17,879 nucleotides of DNA from Promethearchaeota archaeon (GCA_011364925.1 RDOA01000063.1:1-17879); one strand, 5' to 3'. Positions 1 to 9,026 are shown, counted from the stretch's first letter. Program-made: numbers and translations. The notes: generated from the letters alone by a model not told the origin.

Positions 1-63
1 TCTTAAGTATTATCATCTTAACTTTATTTTGCCTTTAGAGTATTTACTAAACCTTCATACCCC

Positions 64-75
64 AAAGCTATAAAT
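64..75 (+). promoter_or_regulatory. Putative BRE/TATA box (AAAGCTATAAAT) for the PCNA-like gene; probably a leaderless transcript
   Basis: TATAAA at 69-74 lies about 25 nt before the ATG at 99; no SD visible. Confidence 0.45.
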
Positions 76-98
76 TTGGAATACGCCTCTTTAGATTT

Positions 99-1322
99 AT
101 GACTGTAATCGAAGATCAATATAATTGGAATAAATTGGCTGAAAGAGGTTCTGGTTACGAGGAAGTGCGAACTAAATTAAGCGCTTTAGAAGTCAACTGG
201 TACGGTCTACAGAAGGAACAAGTCTTTACCGAAGAAAACGAGTTCACGAAACGGTTTAAACAAGAAGTGAAAACAAAGGTAGACGGGATTTTCGAGTCGA
301 GCGCTCTACCCCAGAAAGACATCGCTTCGATGAAGAGAAAGTTTCACGCAAGAGTTCAAAAAAACTTAGAGTTAGCAGTGCTAAAAAAGGGATTAGCCCA
401 GATAACCTTCGATCAATACCCTTTATACAAGTTTTTCGAAGCCTTTAACACCTTCGTTGACGAAGTGGAGTTTAACGTGTCAAGAGATCAGATTAAGGTT
501 GTAATTAGCGACCCGTCCAGAATTGCCGTCATCAAAGTCGCGTTTAGCAACGATTCTTTTTTGTTTCTTAGGGAAGGAACGGTAAGCGTTAACATTGGGG
601 ATTTGAAGGAGATGCTTAGATGTCAGAGCAAAAGCGAATCTACGGTTACCCTTTTGTTCGCGGAAGAAGGGCTTGAAATGAGCATCACATCAGAGAAAAG
701 AAAGAGAACCATAGTACGAAAGCTTAACGCGATAGATTTCGAGCCCCAAGAGATGCCACTTGATACGCTAAACGCTATCAAGTATCCCTTTGAGTTTGAA
801 ATGACCAAAGACGATTATTTAGATCTCTTAGGTAATTCCGGGAGATATAGCGAAATCTTAGGCATAAAGACGACTCTTGAAAATGTTATCTTCTCGGAAG
901 CGAGCGATAAAGGGAGCGCAGAGATCGAGTACAAAAAAGACGATTTACCCAACCTAACATTTTTAGAAGACGTGTTAGATTTGGAATCGGAGATAAAAGA
1001 AGTCCAACTTGTAGATAAAGAAATTTTTGACGCAAAGCGATGCAAGGGATACTATTCACTTCCTTTTCTAAGACTGATCAAGGAGTTTTGCGCCGTATTG
1101 AATAGTAAAGATGCGATTAAGTTCTCTCTAAAGACTTCACACCCTTTGAAAGCTCAGATAACCTTCAAGAAGCTTACGAACGCAACCATCGTCTATTTCC
1201 TCGCCCCCAGAATGGACGAGGTAGATGAGGACGATTTCGAAGACGAAGAGGATCTTGAACCAACCGAAACAGAATATATGATTGAAAACGATTTTGAGTC
1301 ATTTGACAGCAAAGAAGAGTAA
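99..1322 (+). CDS. pcn: PCNA (DNA sliding clamp) family paralog with ~95-aa N-terminal extension and acidic C-terminal tail
   Basis: PCNA motifs from about residue 99: FVDEVEFNV, ISDPSRIAVI, VSVNIGDLKEML, KGYYSLPFL, HPLKAQI and the terminal YFLAPR. Confidence 0.85.
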   Translation: MTVIEDQYNWNKLAERGSGYEEVRTKLSALEVNWYGLQKEQVFTEENEFTKRFKQEVKTKVDGIFESSALPQKDIASMKRKFHARVQKNLELAVLKKGLAQITFDQYPLYKFFEAFNTFVDEVEFNVSRDQIKVVISDPSRIAVIKVAFSNDSFLFLREGTVSVNIGDLKEMLRCQSKSESTVTLLFAEEGLEMSITSEKRKRTIVRKLNAIDFEPQEMPLDTLNAIKYPFEFEMTKDDYLDLLGNSGRYSEILGIKTTLENVIFSEASDKGSAEIEYKKDDLPNLTFLEDVLDLESEIKEVQLVDKEIFDAKRCKGYYSLPFLRLIKEFCAVLNSKDAIKFSLKTSHPLKAQITFKKLTNATIVYFLAPRMDEVDEDDFEDEEDLEPTETEYMIENDFESFDSKEE

Positions 1323-1334
1323 ATCTAGCTTAAA

Positions 1335-1370
1335 TTTTTTTTGTTATTTTTTGTTTTATTTACCTTTTCC
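1335..1370 (+). terminator. Oligo-T archaeal terminator region
   Basis: Several T-runs directly after the stop at 1322. Confidence 0.5.
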
Positions 1371-1538
1371 TTAAAAGATTTAAATGATCGAAAAGAAGTA
1401 TATACTTTTAAATAAGAGAAGGAAAGCCTTAACACTCAAATTTTCTATATCTAGGATAAATTACCAACCCTTAAAAACTGTTAATAATTCTAATCCTAAA
1501 TAGAGAGAGTTGAAACTAAACTAGTATAAGAAAAAAAA

Positions 1539-2300
1539 ATGACCCACACTTCAGAACCTACCAAAGATACTAGGAAATCTCAAATTTTTGTTCAAAAAAA
1601 CCCCGAGAATACGGAAGAATTGTCTATGGACCCTAAAAAAACTCAAACCATAAATAATGATGAAACTGTGAAAATAGAAACTGAAAAAAATTATCATTCC
1701 GACTGGTTAGAAATGAGAACCTCCATCCTTTCTCCTTTATCAATCTCATTTATTTCGATATTTACGGCTATAACTATTGTTCTTGGGTATTTAATGGCGT
1801 ATATTCCTAACATCGAGGTTTTTACTATGATGATCTTCTTATCAGGATTTATTATGAGTAAAAAGGAAGGTGCGATTGTTGGGTTATTGAGTTCGTCAAT
1901 TTTTACATTTTTCAATCCGTTAGGACCATCTCCTCCACCACTGTTTATATACCAATTATTTCATTATACAATGACTGGGGTTTTGGGCGGACTAACAAAA
2001 GATTACTTGCGAAGAAAGGAATATTTTAAACCTTCAGAGGATATGTATGTTTTTCGAATATTGTTGCTATTTGGATTTTTAGGAGCTATTATTACATTTA
2101 TATTCGATATACTCAGTACATTGTTTGGTGGTTTTGTGGTTTCGGTTACAATCGATTATTTTGTAGCAACATATTTATTAGGAATAGTGTTCACTTCAAT
2201 TCATTTAATAGGAAATGTGTTAATTTTTACATTCCTATTACCAGGCTTAATTCAAATAATAGTGAAATTAATAGATCAAAACAATTGGATAATGATTTAA
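1539..2300 (+). CDS. ECF transporter S-component (substrate unknown); start uncertain
   Basis: About 6 TM segments with IPNIEVFT, GAIVG and FFNPLGP motifs typical of archaeal ECF S components; hydrophilic ~55-aa N-terminus. Confidence 0.75.
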   Translation: MTHTSEPTKDTRKSQIFVQKNPENTEELSMDPKKTQTINNDETVKIETEKNYHSDWLEMRTSILSPLSISFISIFTAITIVLGYLMAYIPNIEVFTMMIFLSGFIMSKKEGAIVGLLSSSIFTFFNPLGPSPPPLFIYQLFHYTMTGVLGGLTKDYLRRKEYFKPSEDMYVFRILLLFGFLGAIITFIFDILSTLFGGFVVSVTIDYFVATYLLGIVFTSIHLIGNVLIFTFLLPGLIQIIVKLIDQNNWIMI

Positions 2301-2322
2301 GACAAAATATGATCAAAATTTG

Positions 2323-2805
2323 TTAATCTGCTTCCGTGAGTAGTGTTACTTTCCCACCAGCAGATTCGATTTTCTCAATTGCTCGTTTTGAGGCTTTATT
2401 TACTGTAAGATTTACTTTTTTGTTAATTTCTCCGCGGCCTAGGATTTTTTGGATATTAATATCCTTAAGATTTATAGAGTAAGTATTTCCTGACTTCGTT
2501 GCGACATTTTTTACGGTGAGATCGTCAATTTTTGAATCTAAATCTTTTATATTAAGTGTATTTATATGGTAGATACGCCTGATGTCTTGGGGTCGTTTAA
2601 ATCCTCTTTTTCCTAAATCCCAATCAGGATCAGGAAATCCTAGTTCTTTTTGTTTGAGATAATAAGATTTCATACTCTTTTTCCATTGTGTAGTTTTTCC
2701 CCTACCAACTCTCTGACCTGTTTTTCTATGTTGTCCAACTTTACCGTACCCTTGAGTGCGAGTTCCTCTCTTTTTCCGAATCCTTTTTGGAAATTTTCTC
2801 GTTAT
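2323..2805 (-). CDS. rpl15: 50S ribosomal protein uL15 (160 aa), non-canonical ATA start
   Basis: Frame stays open 44 codons above the ORF-track ATG and encodes the uL15 N-terminus TRKFPKRIRKKRGTRTQGYGKVGQHRKTGQRVGRG; C-terminus KILGRG...ASKRAIEKIESAGGKV; SD AGGTGAT at 2811-2817. Confidence 0.93.
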   Translation of the reverse strand: MTRKFPKRIRKKRGTRTQGYGKVGQHRKTGQRVGRGKTTQWKKSMKSYYLKQKELGFPDPDWDLGKRGFKRPQDIRRIYHINTLNIKDLDSKIDDLTVKNVATKSGNTYSINLKDINIQKILGRGEINKKVNLTVNKASKRAIEKIESAGGKVTLLTEAD

Positions 2806-2823
2806 AATATATCACCTTTTAAT

Positions 2824-3360
2824 TTATATCATTTTATGAATCAGTTCATTAATAAACTGATCTATATAACCCAAAGTTCCTCCTTCATTATAGTGTTTTT
2901 TGATTGTTCCACGATGTCCTTTTCTAGGAGGATGCAACCGAAAAACTGGCTTAATTTTATACACATCCTGAGTCCTATATTTTACTTCTCCCGATAGTAA
3001 AGCTTTAGAGAACTCTTTTAAATTCTTGTATTTAGTGAGATTCTTGATATGTTCATCAGTGAGTGGTTTATTTCCCTCTAGTTTCCCTCTTGCTCTTAAC
3101 AGTCTTAACAGAGTTTTCTCATCGATTTCCCCATAAGCAATATAGTCTTTACATTTTTTTAGCATCCCCAAATAACTGACATCCCCCCATATAAGCACTC
3201 CATGATTCACTTTAAACATTCTTAACATTTTTAACGTGTCTGAAATTGAACGCTTCATCCCTGGAGCACCTCTTATACGAACTGCAAAATATAACGCTGG
3301 AGGTTTGGTTACTTTCATTTTTGATTTCTTTCTTATTAATACATTATTTTCTGCCATCAT
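2824..3360 (-). CDS. rpl30: 50S ribosomal protein uL30 (L7e-like long form)
   Basis: AVRIRG, TLKMLRM, KDYIAYGEID, FRLHPPRKG; SD-like GAGTGGTG ahead of ATG ATG (start 3360 or 3357). Confidence 0.95.
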   Translation of the reverse strand: MMAENNVLIRKKSKMKVTKPPALYFAVRIRGAPGMKRSISDTLKMLRMFKVNHGVLIWGDVSYLGMLKKCKDYIAYGEIDEKTLLRLLRARGKLEGNKPLTDEHIKNLTKYKNLKEFSKALLSGEVKYRTQDVYKIKPVFRLHPPRKGHRGTIKKHYNEGGTLGYIDQFINELIHKMI

Positions 3361-3376
3361 GTACACCACTCATTAT

Positions 3377-3991
3377 TTATAAGTTGAAATTATATTTGTG
3401 AGCATTTTTAAGAGCATTGAATGTAGCTTTTACCAGGTTTTCGCTGGTTCTAGAATCACCATAAGTGTTGCTCCATACATCTTCGATTCCAGCTAGTTTC
3501 AATACTTGTTTAACTTTATCAGCACAGGCTAATCCAACTCCTTGTGGAGCCGGGATTAAGCGAATTTTTACAGATCCACACTTTCCTTCTACTTTGAATG
3601 GAACGCTATGAGTGTGTCCACATCCACATTCTTTACTCCCACAGCCTCTAAGAACGGGAACAACAGAAAGTTTTGCTTTATCAATTGCTTTTCGTATAGC
3701 AGGACCTACTTCTCTTGATTTGGCTGATCCTACTCCAATAAAACCATCAGCTCCGACAATTACAACGGCTTTAAATCTAGAACGTTGACCACTTGCGGTC
3801 ATCTGTTGAACCATGTTAATTGTAACTACGCTTTCTTGAAGTTGTGGTATAAGAACATTGATGATTTCTGTTTCTTTGACTACAAGATTATTTGCGAATA
3901 TTTTATCTAAAGTAATCAGTCCCTGTTGGACTAATTCACCTAATCGTGTGGAAGGAATCCAACCTTCTTCAGAATTTCTTTGTCGACTCAT
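3377..3991 (-). CDS. rps5: 30S ribosomal protein uS5
   Basis: WIPSTRLG, GQRSRFKAVVIVG, RGCGSKECGC, LIPAPQGVGL. Confidence 0.97.
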   Translation of the reverse strand: MSRQRNSEEGWIPSTRLGELVQQGLITLDKIFANNLVVKETEIINVLIPQLQESVVTINMVQQMTASGQRSRFKAVVIVGADGFIGVGSAKSREVGPAIRKAIDKAKLSVVPVLRGCGSKECGCGHTHSVPFKVEGKCGSVKIRLIPAPQGVGLACADKVKQVLKLAGIEDVWSNTYGDSRTSENLVKATFNALKNAHKYNFNL

Positions 3992-4003
3992 ATAAATTCA
4001 CTT

Positions 4004-4597
4004 TTATGTGCTACTTCTTATTTTTTTGAATGTATTTGCAACTAATTGACTAATTTTTTGTGGATTAACATTATTCTTCTTGAGGTAACCAGAGAAAACT
4101 TTCTCATATTCCTCAGAATTCTCATTTTTTAAGAAGTTGGCATATTGCTCAATGTGAGAACCTTTTATCGTTTCTTCTATATTGTTTGGAAAAAAATCTT
4201 CGCTAAAGGGAATTTCTAATCCTGATTCGAGTAAACCCTTAAAAGCTGCAAGTACTCGATTTTTGTGATAGAAGATTCCTAAATCAAGAATTGCCTCTTC
4301 AATATTCTGTTTTTTTGCTCTTAATCCCGCTAGATAACCAGTGAGATATGCTGCGGGAATATTACCTGTATTAGCGTTCCATCCAAATTTTGAGACTAAT
4401 TCTTTAGAAAAAGCCGAAATTACCACTTCATCTCCAGCTGTTTTTGAACGAATAATTTGGACGATCATGTGATTATTTGAAGCCCTAATTACAGCTCTTA
4501 ATTTTTTGGATTTTAATAATTTCAATCTCCTATGATAGTTAGTTTTACCTTCTGCTCTCCTTCTGAATGGTTTTCTATATCTTGGTCCTTTCGCCAT
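4004..4597 (-). CDS. rpl18: 50S ribosomal protein uL18
   Basis: GPRYRKPFRRRAEGKTNY, NIPAAYLTGYLAG. Confidence 0.97.
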   Translation of the reverse strand: MAKGPRYRKPFRRRAEGKTNYHRRLKLLKSKKLRAVIRASNNHMIVQIIRSKTAGDEVVISAFSKELVSKFGWNANTGNIPAAYLTGYLAGLRAKKQNIEEAILDLGIFYHKNRVLAAFKGLLESGLEIPFSEDFFPNNIEETIKGSHIEQYANFLKNENSEEYEKVFSGYLKKNNVNPQKISQLVANTFKKIRSST

Positions 4598-4600
4598 TGA

Positions 4601-5059
4601 TTACCTACCTCTTCTAATATAATCTTTTTCTTTAATATACCGATTCATTTGAGCAACGCTATTGAACATTCCACCTTTTGCATTCTTATATAGTTTTCTA
4701 TAGGTAGCAGCTGTAATTAATTTCCTATTTCTTAATTTTTTAAGTTCTCGTCTTTGTGGGCGAATTCGATTCATCCACGCTTTTTTCTTTGGTAACCGTG
4801 CGTGTTTTGTCCCTTTTCGTTTTCCTAATCCCCTAGCTCTACCTTTTTTCTTCCGTTCATGTTGTAAGATTTTTCTATAGCTTGAATTTCCGTGTTTATA
4901 TTTTTTAATTATAATTCCTTCTTTTATTAAATTGCGGATATCCTCTCGAGTAATTGCCATTTTAATCTCATCAATTAAATATGGATCGAAATACACTCGA
5001 TTTTCCCCACATTTTAAGATTTCAGCTGCCATTCTTTTTTGGGCTTTTAGACTCATCAT
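4601..5059 (-). CDS. rpl19e: 50S ribosomal protein eL19
   Basis: LKAQKRMAAEILKCGENRVYFDP, GKRKGTKHAR, KAKGG-type motif NAKGGMF. Confidence 0.97.
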   Translation of the reverse strand: MMSLKAQKRMAAEILKCGENRVYFDPYLIDEIKMAITREDIRNLIKEGIIIKKYKHGNSSYRKILQHERKKKGRARGLGKRKGTKHARLPKKKAWMNRIRPQRRELKKLRNRKLITAATYRKLYKNAKGGMFNSVAQMNRYIKEKDYIRRGR

Positions 5060-5084
5060 GTATCACTTTATTAAGTAAACTTTT

Positions 5085-5549
5085 TTAATCTTCATCTTCG
5101 AATAATTCTTCATCTTCTAAATCCGTTACCGAGGATTCTAAAGCTGTTTCTAAATGCTCCATTTCACTTTGAGATATGCCTAAATTTAAAACTTTAAATC
5201 CTCTACTTTGAGCATAATCAATTACACTAATTCTTTTCTTTACCCCTAATCTTGTCGATACTTTAATCGCATGCTTTCTATTATTTAGGCCTTTCATATC
5301 GTCTATATTATGAACTCTTACCTCCTCATACCCCGACGGATGTAAGCCCCTTACTTTTTTGGGGCCTCTATAACCCACTGAAGGAGATTTAACTCCAGTT
5401 TTAGTTTTTTTCCTTGTTTGTGAATCAATCCCTCTTGCCTTTCTCCACGAGTCTTTTACGCGTTTATACCTCCAAGATTCGACACGTCTAAAAGAGGGAC
5501 GTCTTTTATTCATTCTTTTTCTGAGTTCAATCATTCTTTTTTGTTCCAT
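5085..5549 (-). CDS. rpl32e: 50S ribosomal protein eL32 with acidic C-terminal tail
   Basis: WRKARGIDS, VGYRGPKKVRGLHPSG. Confidence 0.97.
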   Translation of the reverse strand: MEQKRMIELRKRMNKRRPSFRRVESWRYKRVKDSWRKARGIDSQTRKKTKTGVKSPSVGYRGPKKVRGLHPSGYEEVRVHNIDDMKGLNNRKHAIKVSTRLGVKKRISVIDYAQSRGFKVLNLGISQSEMEHLETALESSVTDLEDEELFEDED

Positions 5550-5564
5550 TTTAATAACCTCAAC

Positions 5565-6143
5565 TTATTTGACTTCCCAAGCAATTTCTTCTCCGTTCTG
5601 AATTCTATAGAGAAATACACCGTCTTGAAAAACTCGAGGATCTTTTTTTCTAATTCTGCACGCTTTTCTTAAATTCGCAGCTGTTTGTCCAAGTGTTTCT
5701 TTATCTGGTCCAATTAAAAAGACATCATCTCCTTCAACTTTCACTTTTACATTATCTAAATAATTAGTGACTCGTGGAGCTCTTTCACCAAGAAAGTTTA
5801 CGACATGTATCTCTTTTTTATCAGGAATCACTTCGACTGTGCAAGGAAAATGACTGTAACATACTTTACATACATATTTATAGTTTGTCTGAACACCAAT
5901 TATTAAATTTCTAATTAGATTTATAACAGTATTAATTAAAGCAAGTGTTCCACTTTTTGGGAAGTGGGTTGTAAAGATCATTTTATTTCCTTCAATTGTA
6001 ACTGATATACCCCTCACATGAGAAAAATCTTTTGTGATTTTTCCATTTGGACCGTTTATAGTAATGTGATGATTTTCATCAAGTGTAACTTTAATTCCTT
6101 CCGGAATTTCCATTTCTTCCTTAAAATATGCCACTTTTACCAT
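5565..6143 (-). CDS. rpl6: 50S ribosomal protein uL6
   Basis: YSHFP, NFLGERAPR, KDPRVFQDG. Confidence 0.97.
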   Translation of the reverse strand: MVKVAYFKEEMEIPEGIKVTLDENHHITINGPNGKITKDFSHVRGISVTIEGNKMIFTTHFPKSGTLALINTVINLIRNLIIGVQTNYKYVCKVCYSHFPCTVEVIPDKKEIHVVNFLGERAPRVTNYLDNVKVKVEGDDVFLIGPDKETLGQTAANLRKACRIRKKDPRVFQDGVFLYRIQNGEEIAWEVK

Positions 6144-6185
6144 TTATCATTACCTTTTGTTATTTTAATCTAGTTGATAGTTGAT

Positions 6186-6569
6186 TTAGAAGATGTAGCA
6201 AAGTGTCATGCCTCCAATATGCTTTTCCTCCGCCTCTTTGAGAGTCATAATACCTTGATTTGTCGTAAGTACAATTATTCCTAAACCAGGCGCGGGAAGC
6301 AGCCTTCTTTCAAGCGATTCAAATTGAGATTCATTATAATTAAGCCTCATTAAACCAGCACAATGGTTAATTTTTCCTAACAATGCAATTTTAAATTTTC
6401 CTTGCCTCCCATCGTCATATCTCTCAAATTCACCAATATAGGCGTATTGTTGGAAAATACGAAGCACCCTTTGGTTTAATTTTGAAGCTGGACTGACAAT
6501 CACTTCTTTTTTCCTTGCTTTTTCTGCGTTTTTAAGGTCATTACACATATCAGCCAGTGTATTTGTTAT
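6186..6569 (-). CDS. rps8: 30S ribosomal protein uS8 (127 aa), probable non-canonical ATA start
   Basis: Conserved N-terminal helix TNTLADMCNDLKNAE extends above the ORF-track ATG to ATA at 6567-6569; GYIGEFE-type motif, DDGRQG, TTNQGIMT; SD GAGGTG at 6576-6581. Confidence 0.93.
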   Translation of the reverse strand: MTNTLADMCNDLKNAEKARKKEVIVSPASKLNQRVLRIFQQYAYIGEFERYDDGRQGKFKIALLGKINHCAGLMRLNYNESQFESLERRLLPAPGLGIIVLTTNQGIMTLKEAEEKHIGGMTLCYIF

Positions 6570-6597
6570 TTTTTACACCTCATTTCTAATTTCAATA

Positions 6598-6744
6598 TTA
6601 ATCGTATCTATAAAATCCAATTTCTTTTCCTATTTCGTAGAAACAACGACGACATATATATAAACCATATCTCCTTATTAAACCTCTATGAGTATGACAT
6701 CGTCTACATTCTCTTTGACCTTTACCAATTTTACCTTGAGGCAT
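6598..6744 (-). CDS. rps14: 30S ribosomal protein uS14, zinc-binding type (48 aa; absent from the ORF track)
   Basis: Manual translation MPQGKIGKGQRECRRCHTHRGLIRRYGLYICRRCFYEIGKEIGFYRYD; CxxC...CxxC; expected position between uL5 and uS8. Confidence 0.97.
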   Translation of the reverse strand: MPQGKIGKGQRECRRCHTHRGLIRRYGLYICRRCFYEIGKEIGFYRYD

Positions 6745-6769
6745 TCTTATCAATCTTCTTGCTAAATAA

Positions 6770-7375
6770 TTATGCGAAATCTAAATCTAATTTATCTACT
6801 ATTTTAATTCCAAAATTTTTTTTTAAAAAATATTGAGCTTCTAAACGAGAAACATAATGATGTTTTGGTACTTTCGCTCGACCTTTTCTTCGATATTTTA
6901 CTCGCATTCCTGGTCTTACAATTCGACCAACTACATCTAAACCCCAAATACCAATTATATTATCATATTCTATTCCCGGAATGGTAATATGTTCTGTAAT
7001 TCCAAAACCAAAATTTCCGTAATTATCAAAGCTTTTTCTTAATATTCTATCATTATTTACAACAAAAAGTCTTTTTAATAAGTTCTCAGCTTCTTTATTG
7101 CGAATGGTAACCATTGTGCCAATTGGGCGTCCTATTCTTAAGTTAAATTCTTTGACATTTTTCTTAGAAAGAGTCTTTATGGCAGGCTTGCCGGAAATGG
7201 TTTGTAACACTGTAGCGGCTCGTTCTAATTCTTCTCCTCCAGCACCAACTCCAATATTAAGAACCACTTTTTCTAAATAAGGTTTCTTCATTGGATTTTT
7301 CCACATTTCTTCAAAGATTTTCTCTTGTTCCTTAGAAGATTTTTTCATCATTTCTCTTACTGCTTTAGCTGACAT
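6770..7375 (-). CDS. rpl5: 50S ribosomal protein uL5
   Basis: NPMKKPYLEKVVLNIGVG, GNFGFGITEHI, RPGMRVKYR. Confidence 0.97.
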   Translation of the reverse strand: MSAKAVREMMKKSSKEQEKIFEEMWKNPMKKPYLEKVVLNIGVGAGGEELERAATVLQTISGKPAIKTLSKKNVKEFNLRIGRPIGTMVTIRNKEAENLLKRLFVVNNDRILRKSFDNYGNFGFGITEHITIPGIEYDNIIGIWGLDVVGRIVRPGMRVKYRRKGRAKVPKHHYVSRLEAQYFLKKNFGIKIVDKLDLDFA

Positions 7376-7396
7376 AATAAACTTCCTCTCTTAGTC

Positions 7397-8149
7397 TTAA
7401 TCTAATTTTGGTATATTGATTTCAGATTGGTCTTCACCTATGATAAATGTATAATCATAGAGGGTTTCTGTATGATCTGAATTATGTTGTATAGATACTG
7501 TACTTGCCTTCGGACCAAATCTCTTTAAAATGTTTATAATTTTTCCCACTTGCCCAATATTTTTCCCAGACATGATAATTGCTAAATTCCCTTCCTTAAA
7601 CTTTAATACTTTTAGTATTTCTTGTTCAGGAACAGAAATTTTTAAAACATCCATTCTTTTGTAAATATCCTCTTTAGGTTTTGTTGGATCCTTAACTCGA
7701 ACTAACACATTCCTTCCATCATGTAAGTTTAATTGAATATTTCCTCCCTTGATTGTGGATTTCTTAGTAATTCTGCACAATTTAAAAGTACTCTCTGCTT
7801 CCGGTATTTCATGCAAAATTAATCCATGATGTGAATCAGGAAGAATTCGATAATGTTTATTTAGTTTTTCTATACTTAGCACATCCATCAAACCTACCGG
7901 GTACGTTTCATCTCTTACGATCTTTCCATCTACCTTAAAATTTCCTAATCCAATTAGTTTTTTCGCTTCTCTATGATTATCTACTATGTGTAATAAGTCT
8001 CTAACAATATGCAATAATGGTAAACAGAATCTATTTGGATGAGGTCCAGGTGATGGTTTTAAGAAAAATTTACCGTGTTTTCTCCTAATTTGTAAATATT
8101 TGGGAGTGTTAAATCTTTTTAAAGTTCTTGTGCCCCCATGTCTTGTCAT
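7397..8149 (-). CDS. rps4e: 30S ribosomal protein eS4
   Basis: PSPGPH, VDGKIVRD, PVGLMDV, QLNLHDGRN. Confidence 0.97.
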   Translation of the reverse strand: MTRHGGTRTLKRFNTPKYLQIRRKHGKFFLKPSPGPHPNRFCLPLLHIVRDLLHIVDNHREAKKLIGLGNFKVDGKIVRDETYPVGLMDVLSIEKLNKHYRILPDSHHGLILHEIPEAESTFKLCRITKKSTIKGGNIQLNLHDGRNVLVRVKDPTKPKEDIYKRMDVLKISVPEQEILKVLKFKEGNLAIIMSGKNIGQVGKIINILKRFGPKASTVSIQHNSDHTETLYDYTFIIGEDQSEINIPKLD

Positions 8150-8581
8150 CTATTTCTCTTCCTCCTCTTTTTGCTTTTTTGGTGCTTTTAATTCATCTCC
8201 AGTAAAACCAAAGACCGCTTTACGGTCGATTATACTTGCTCTCCAAGGATCCATTTTCTTTTCCTTTGAGAATTTTGTTATTATTAATTTTGATACATGA
8301 ATCGCAGGGTGAAATTGAGTACCATCAGCTTTATCAAAAGTCGCTTCTTTAATTTTTACTCTTTGATTTCTAGTTAATTCGATAACTTCACCTTCAAAAT
8401 CTTTAAACTCACCCTGAGTAATTCGTACTTCATCACCTACTTTTATAGGGAGTGTTTTTATCCCATATTCTTCTGTTACAAAATCTGCAACTCTTGCAGT
8501 TAATAACTTTGAATGTTGATGATTCTTACTCTGATACAATGCCTTCCTCTGTCTCCGAGGATGTTTTGATTTCACTTTCAT
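8150..8581 (-). CDS. rpl24: 50S ribosomal protein uL24
   Basis: SKHPRRQRK, KOW motif GDEVRITQGEFK. Confidence 0.95.
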   Translation of the reverse strand: MKVKSKHPRRQRKALYQSKNHQHSKLLTARVADFVTEEYGIKTLPIKVGDEVRITQGEFKDFEGEVIELTRNQRVKIKEATFDKADGTQFHPAIHVSKLIITKFSKEKKMDPWRASIIDRKAVFGFTGDELKAPKKQKEEEEK

Positions 8582-8600
8582 TTTTTAACTCCTTTTTTAT

Positions 8601-9026
8601 TTAAATAATTAATGAAGAAATGGATGCTAAACGTGGAAATAATTCAGCAGCTTCTCTAGCTATAGGTCCACGAATTTCTGTAGCCTTAGGGTCTCCCTCT
8701 TTAGTTATTATCACACCAGCATTATCTTCAAAACACAATCTTGTTCCATCTAGTCGTCTATAAATCATTTTTTGCCGAACAATAACCGCTTTTACAATGT
8801 TTCCACGTAAATCTGGACGACCTTTTTTAATAGTTACCGAACAAACAGATCCTACGGATGCTTTTGGTAATCTTCTTAATCGCGTTTTAGAGTGATCGAC
8901 ATTTATAATCTGTGCTATTTTAGCACCTGAATTATCTGTAATAAAGATTTTTGAGCCGTTTTGAACCCCGTAACTAGTTCTTGGTTTAATCTGTTTTTTT
9001 CGTCCTAGCTTTCTTCTCGTTCCCAT
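8601..9026 (-). CDS. rpl14: 50S ribosomal protein uL14
   Basis: DNSGAK, AVIVRQ, FEDNAGVI, GPIAREAA. Confidence 0.97.
   Translation of the reverse strand: MGTRRKLGRKKQIKPRTSYGVQNGSKIFITDNSGAKIAQIINVDHSKTRLRRLPKASVGSVCSVTIKKGRPDLRGNIVKAVIVRQKMIYRRLDGTRLCFEDNAGVIITKEGDPKATEIRGPIAREAAELFPRLASISSLII

Noticed and set aside
2323-2805. uL15 as a truncated gene, pseudogene or frameshift
   Set aside because: The frame is continuous and intact through the conserved N-terminus; only the start codon is atypical
3615-3650. Cys/His cluster in uS5 (and CxxxxCPFH in uS17)
   Set aside because: Ordinary archaeal zinc-binding features
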